From a virus (Duplodnaviria; Caudoviricetes): a DNA stretch of 27,605 nucleotides. The stretch is from positions 1-27,605 of IMG/VR virus record IMGVR_UViG_3300044267_004855; one strand, given 5' to 3'. The first letter of the stretch is position 1, and every line of letters begins with the position of its first letter. Under the pieces are notes generated by a model. It made no database searches. It saw only the letters and a program-made list of their open reading frames with translations, and was not told the DNA's origin. Of this stretch, positions 24,601-27,605 are shown piece after piece. The position numbers and the translations under genes are program-made.

Positions 24601-26713
24601 TGAGGCTGAGCAAGTAGTTGTGAGTGCTCAACCTACTTTGGGATCTTTATTTAAATCTCAGAATGGAGAAACTTGGAATGCTAGTCAATATGAAGATTTG
24701 AAGTTTGTTCTTTATAAGGCAAGATTTAATACAAGGACAGGTAATGTTAATTTTACAAACCCACCTTTAGTAACACAATCAGATGATATTCCAGTTTTAT
24801 TAAAAGATTCCTTGAGTATCAATTCTAATAAAATTAGAATAGGATTCAATACTACTATATCTGATACTGGAGTAACTATTGGTAATATAATTTCTCAAGA
24901 TGGCAGTAATGCCACTGGAAGATTAGCTGGCTTAGCTGGTACAGCAAATGGTAATTTAACTATAACAAACTCTGGAATTGGATTTACTCCTTCTTCAGGT
25001 GCTTGGACTTATCAGAATATTGCTCTTAATACAATTACTGGTTATGGTAGAAATGCAACTGCTAATATTACTATTACCAATGGAGTAGCATCTGCTGCCA
25101 CTATATTAAGTGGTGGTAGTGGATATGTTATAGGAGATGTAGTGGGTATAACATCTGTTGGTGTTAATTCACTTGGAAGAGACCTTAAATTCTCTATTGG
25201 AGCTATTTCAGGAAATAATGAATTCGTTCTAGATAGTGTTCAAGGTGATTTTGCAACTGGTGTAGGTAAGACAATTAGATATACTACAAGTGCTGGAATA
25301 GTTACTCTTAATCATGCTGTAGGTGGTAATGTTTGGTTATCTGGAGATCCTTCTGTAACTACTGATGGTCTTCATATTAAAGTTAATCAAAAGAATCATG
25401 GAATGTATTCTCAAGTTGGTAATGTAGTAACATTTAAAGGTATTCAATCTGATATTTCTCCTACTCAATTAGCATCAGATTATGATTCTACATCAACAGG
25501 ATCTATTATTGTAGATGATGCAACAAACTTTACTGAATTTGAAAATGTAGGTGTTGGTTCTACTAACTTAGGTTATGTTAAGGTTGGAAGTGAAATTTTA
25601 TCTTATAGTGGAGTAGTTAATAATACATTAACTGGTGTTACTAGAGGAGTTGATTCTACTCAAACTCTTACTCATAGTGAGAATGATTATCTTCATAAGT
25701 ATGAGTTAAATGGGGTATCTTTGAGGAGGATTAATACAGATCATAATACAGTAAACGCTACTGTTGCTACTCCTCAAGGATTAGATTACTTTAATGTTAA
25801 AGTGGATATGTCTGCTAATGGTGTAGATAGATCTGTTGGAACTAGTCTTCCAAAATTACATTTTAATCAAACTAAATCTACTGGTGGATCTCAGATTCTT
25901 TCTACTGAAAACATACCATTTGAAGTTATAACTCCTTTAGTTCAAAATATGACACCACAAGGTACTAATGTAACAGGTCAGATTAGAACTATTACAGGTT
26001 CTAGTGTAGATGGATCTGAAGTACCTTACCAAGATCAAGGATTTGAAGATATTAGTTTAATAAGTGATAACTATATGTCAACTCCTAGAATGATTGCTTC
26101 TAGAATTAATGAGACTACATCTTTACCTACTCTTCCTGATAATAAATCATTCACATTAAATCTATCACTTTATGGTGCAACTCCTGCTGTTTCTCCTGTA
26201 ATAGATTTGGATAGAATTGGAGTTATTTTAACTTCTAATAGAGTTAATAATCCAATAGATGATTGGGTTACTGATAATAGAGTGAATACTTTAAAGGATG
26301 ATCCTAATGCCTTTGTATATGCATCTAAACCAGTGACATTAAAAGATGGAGCTAGTGGATTAAAGATTCATCTACAAGCTCATATTAACTTAACAAGTGA
26401 GATTAGAGCATTCTATGCTATTACAGAAGATCCAAATGATGAATTAATTTATCAACCATTCCCTGGACATACTAATTTATTAGCAACAGGTCAAATTATT
26501 GATCCAGCTAAGAATAATGGTCTTTCTGATAAACTAGTTCCTAAGACTGATAAAATAGCATATACTTCAGATCAAGTAGTATGGAATGATTATGAATTTA
26601 CTATTGACAATCTTCCTACATTTAGAAACTTTAGTATTAAGTTGGTGGGTACTGGTACTAATCAGGCTCAACCACCTAGAATGAAAGGTTTGAGGGTTAT
26701 TGCACTTGCATAA
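18659..26713 (+). CDS. large virion structural protein, VrlC-like / DUF4815 family, 2684 aa
   Basis: N-terminal LNVAPYYDDF...ILFKPG.PVQARELT, NYTAPGADRL, ARRTFDESGNY, YQMSDINKLEKRIENLEFYTSLSLLE, NRFKSGFFVDDF, DPLAQSF, GSLFKSQNGETW..SQYEDLKF, and C-terminal LRVIALA. Confidence 0.85.
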   Translation: MPQETNLNVAPYYDDFNANDAYCKILFKPGLPVQARELTGIQSLLQDQIEKFGSHVFKDGASVTGGGVRYNGAYTSVRIKVSNEGIDVDSYIDRLIGEVVIGSESGVKAKIKSFITNPLGQDWYVVFINYLSTGGENNEVFTSGESLLLDNNILTTSEGTTFQPGEPIAQVVDGICAFTGSAAVLSAGIYFIRGYFVDVPAQTLILDPYSDAISFKIGLKIQETIVTSDLDEDLTDNAAGYNNYTAPGADRLAINVHLTAVSPQDPKPSNFIELMEVKEGQLIFVRPDGDEYNELANEFARRTFDESGNYYTKPYSLTARNTLNDYEGNNGIFNADQSTYNNNTPSDDLGTYQISPGKAYIEGFEVETIVPAFLDFEKPRTTKLLTDQSINYVTGPTFTLNRVSGSPIIGIGTDYTVSLRDQRVGSASTTAAGKEIGLARVYDFALESGSYNTSVPNENEWDISLYDIQTYTNITLNTNPVNALIVPTHIKGKSSGATGYLRYNATGTAVTAYNTKGIFVTGEQLIFNGIESGNISVGSTSYSTNDIKSINGNVSTASTFNADIKQTVFSHIGEVNVSAATTSGTYLGISTVTSTDKSKFFVGIATVGNLVSYTNTNISGVNTTSYARIESVSQNALTISGVTTVTGICEGGLPLTSINPANFKILTSQFQSSSDNTLYTPLPKNNISNVDITDSHITIRKQFDVTITDNSTDTISSGSASETFLPYDEEDYVLIRNDGTTESLSSDKFDFNVGSTQLVINGLGTNTGAKLIATLRKVNVKQKIKERQKINVLNIVGSATSISGIGTTTLNDGLTYNTVYGTRVQDEEISLNVPDVMKIYAVYESKDANQATLPILTFSSINSSSGKTGDFLIGDTFVGNSGNAIAIYVSKSSDSAIEYTLLNDFTFQVGEVVTFRESGITATIGSVTLGSENISDEFTYDDGQRSTIYDYSRIIRKSGYDAPSKRLQIIYESAYFTSSDTGDITTVDSYNNFDYKNLHSINGIRVSDIIDIRPRVSDFSGTSRSPFEFLGRSFDSSGNSAQNILASDRSILLDYSFYLPRLDKIYLTKGGAFQLVNGIAAESPEWPVPIDGALEIASIKLPAYLFDVNNASITLASYKRYQMSDINKLEKRIENLEFYTSLSLLENETLNMQITDADGLNRFKSGFFVDDFSDTENQIKKTVVKNSIDYRNGELRPSPYTTELDLKIDMNSLNGIRRTGNVLTLMYDEIVHVSQLYATRVENLTPYLVSYYGGTLTLTPDSDIWVDEVVLEAKNEDLTTYTENAEQLDQAGFDSRAGYGPVTWGAWNENWTGWGRDQQRIDTRWEHGQLKRYTYLYQTRTGTKERTGTRSLTKETFSTVNDGPKVINTEISSYMRSRNIKFDARTLKPSTGLYGFFDGQNISKYLIPKLLEISMTTGTFQVGETVIGTNNEGTELIRFQVAQANHKRGNPISPNEIYTLNPYYQFTSLTKTSTGTTLGAVIVDTIVPDSGDNTSTDASAASDISNIPELYSSTSVILNINLDSLAEKADNTYHGYVEKGLKLVGQTSNAQATISNLRLRSDQLGSILGSFFIPNPNNITTPKFDTGKKVFRLTTSPVNSNIAGNVASDVSGIFEASGSINTMQSTIISVKNIHTDMITRVESQSLGSDSRSQLVAATTIGSNGGNGGDSTPVEDTVETITVIGDPSTPDDNVVVEIGPDGIGGANATYIDVVPALDNQTAAQNWSDSTNYTPKISGSQNSHGTGFIIQTNSSGNNTVESNDPISNAYAQLGEPPPSEGAMKYWTASIAKEGITDPQAVQDRMKEHINWANARTEQELADFGEKHKDILEAHFEDIESETGLAQGEYDPNTNSSLKKNCGHGQQDPLAQSFWVPHGVGIYATRVDLYFGSKDQFLPCSVQLRTMQMGMPTTEIIPFGEVVLNPDQINVSDDASLRTTVRFPSPVYLPGGKSYALVLLSNSNEYTAWISRMGEVDVQTKDKPEAEQVVVSAQPTLGSLFKSQNGETWNASQYEDLKFVLYKARFNTRTGNVNFTNPPLVTQSDDIPVLLKDSLSINSNKIRIGFNTTISDTGVTIGNIISQDGSNATGRLAGLAGTANGNLTITNSGIGFTPSSGAWTYQNIALNTITGYGRNATANITITNGVASAATILSGGSGYVIGDVVGITSVGVNSLGRDLKFSIGAISGNNEFVLDSVQGDFATGVGKTIRYTTSAGIVTLNHAVGGNVWLSGDPSVTTDGLHIKVNQKNHGMYSQVGNVVTFKGIQSDISPTQLASDYDSTSTGSIIVDDATNFTEFENVGVGSTNLGYVKVGSEILSYSGVVNNTLTGVTRGVDSTQTLTHSENDYLHKYELNGVSLRRINTDHNTVNATVATPQGLDYFNVKVDMSANGVDRSVGTSLPKLHFNQTKSTGGSQILSTENIPFEVITPLVQNMTPQGTNVTGQIRTITGSSVDGSEVPYQDQGFEDISLISDNYMSTPRMIASRINETTSLPTLPDNKSFTLNLSLYGATPAVSPVIDLDRIGVILTSNRVNNPIDDWVTDNRVNTLKDDPNAFVYASKPVTLKDGASGLKIHLQAHINLTSEIRAFYAITEDPNDELIYQPFPGHTNLLATGQIIDPAKNNGLSDKLVPKTDKIAYTSDQVVWNDYEFTIDNLPTFRNFSIKLVGTGTNQAQPPRMKGLRVIALA

Positions 26714-26714
26714 T

Positions 26715-26927
26715 ATGAAAGTAGAAGGACATAGTGATCTCGTAAGAGATGAAAATACTAATGCTATTTTAAATACAAATTCCTCTGAATATGATAATTA
26801 TATCAGGAGACGTGCTAAAAGAATGCAAGGAACTGATAGAATAGATAATATGGAGGATGATTTGAAATCTTTAAAAGATGATATTAATGAAATCAAAACT
26901 TTACTAAAAGCACTATCTAATGGCTAA
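26715..26927 (+). CDS. conserved small protein with C-terminal coiled coil, 70 aa
   Basis: The ATG at 26715, just after the upstream TAA, is more plausible than the track start at 26700. KVEGHSDLVRDENTNAILN is followed by heptads (IDNMEDDLKSLKDDINEIKTLLKAL). Confidence 0.85.
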   Translation: MKVEGHSDLVRDENTNAILNTNSSEYDNYIRRRAKRMQGTDRIDNMEDDLKSLKDDINEIKTLLKALSNG

Positions 26928-27309
26928 AAACACTCTTACTTTTGATCCTAGTGCAGGTGTTGCCTATGGTGTCAATCTTACCATCAATACTGGAGCAGAT
27001 TTGGATGCTGACTATACTGTAGTTGGTACATCAGGTACTGCTTTTGATTTTACTGGATATACTGGATCTGCTCAACTTGCAAAAAGTGTAGCAATAGGTT
27101 CTTCTTCATATGCATTAAAAACATTTGAAGTTGGATTCACTAGTGCTAAAGGTGGGGAGTTTAGATTGTCATTAGGTTCTACTTCTACTAGAACATTATC
27201 AGAAGGTAGATATGTATATGACGTTTTAATTGGTTCTGGTTCATCAGTTTATAGAATAGTATCAGGAGATGTGTTAGTTATAGCAGGTATATCTTCTGCT
27301 CCTTCATAA
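26920..27309 (+). CDS. small virion-associated beta-sandwich protein (BppU N-terminal-like), 129 aa
   Basis: Pattern NLTINTGA...FDFTGYTGSAQLAKS...LSL...T..L..GRYVYDVLI...RIVSG. Overlaps the upstream gene by 8 nt. Confidence 0.7.
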   Translation: MAKNTLTFDPSAGVAYGVNLTINTGADLDADYTVVGTSGTAFDFTGYTGSAQLAKSVAIGSSSYALKTFEVGFTSAKGGEFRLSLGSTSTRTLSEGRYVYDVLIGSGSSVYRIVSGDVLVIAGISSAPS

Positions 27310-27313
27310 ATAA
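27305..27313 (+). promoter_or_regulatory. late promoter for the neck genes
   Basis: CATAAATAA overlaps the upstream stop and is followed by ACTTATA, as at the gp25 promoter. Confidence 0.75.
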
Positions 27314-27336
27314 ACTTATACTAGTAAAGTAGATAA

Positions 27337-27605
27337 ATGGCGCAACCAAGCACACGTGGAGAATTAATAGATTACTGTAAGAGGCAGTTAGGTGCTCCTG
27401 TGCTCGAAATTAATGTTGCAGATGAGCAAATAGAAGATATTGTAGATGATGCTGTGCAGTTCTTCCAAGAAAGGCACTTTGATGGGGTATATCAGACTTA
27501 TTTAAAATATAAAATAACTCAAGAAGATATTGATAGAGGAAAGGCTACAGGTGGAGCAGGTATAACCACTACTACAGTAGATACAACAGTTGGAGTTACT
27601 ACTTC
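27337..27605 (+). CDS. gp13: neck protein gp13 (5' part, runs off the window)
   Basis: MAQPSTRGELIDYCKRQLGAPVLEINVADEQIEDIVDDAVQFFQERHFDGV... is the characteristic gp13 N-terminus (LGAPV..INV..EQI.D). Confidence 0.93.
   Translation, partial: MAQPSTRGELIDYCKRQLGAPVLEINVADEQIEDIVDDAVQFFQERHFDGVYQTYLKYKITQEDIDRGKATGGAGITTTTVDTTVGVTT

Noticed and set aside
5049-26713. Inteins, introns or frameshifts in the giant ORFs
   Set aside because: The frames are uninterrupted, and I saw no C/S...HN splice motifs or LAGLIDADG/HNH signatures.
26700-26714. Track start (MHLHN) for the 75-aa ORF
   Set aside because: It is a non-ATG start overlapping the upstream gene. ATG26715 follows the upstream stop directly.
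1-27605. CRISPR array, tRNA, integrase/transposase, reverse transcriptase or DGR repeats
   Set aside because: No regularly spaced direct repeats, cloverleaf or such catalytic motifs were seen by eye.

Overview
AT-rich window from a T4-like (myovirus) marine cyanophage. It spans the end of an early, sigma70-promoter-driven region of small genes (1-2245) and the start of the late structural module: gp25 - gp6 - giant gp7 (4004 aa) - gp8 - giant VrlC/DUF4815-like protein (2684 aa) - two small conserved genes - gp13 (truncated at the window end). Product calls come from recalled family motifs and gene order, not database searches. Four small + strand ORFs below the track's length cutoff are added, plus the truncated gp13. 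The most unusual signals are non-coding. (i) A ~200-nt element upstream of gp25 has three 9-12 bp segments that recur as reverse complements in non-nested order (A-B-C ... A'-B'-C'), together with three local hairpins and divergent late-promoter cores. (ii) A compact H-type pseudoknot lies between two tiny early genes. (iii) Two sigma70 promoters have their -10 boxes enclosed by inverted repeats. CpG is also strongly depleted in the large structural genes, and the VrlC-like protein carries a ~200-aa compositionally distinct insert.
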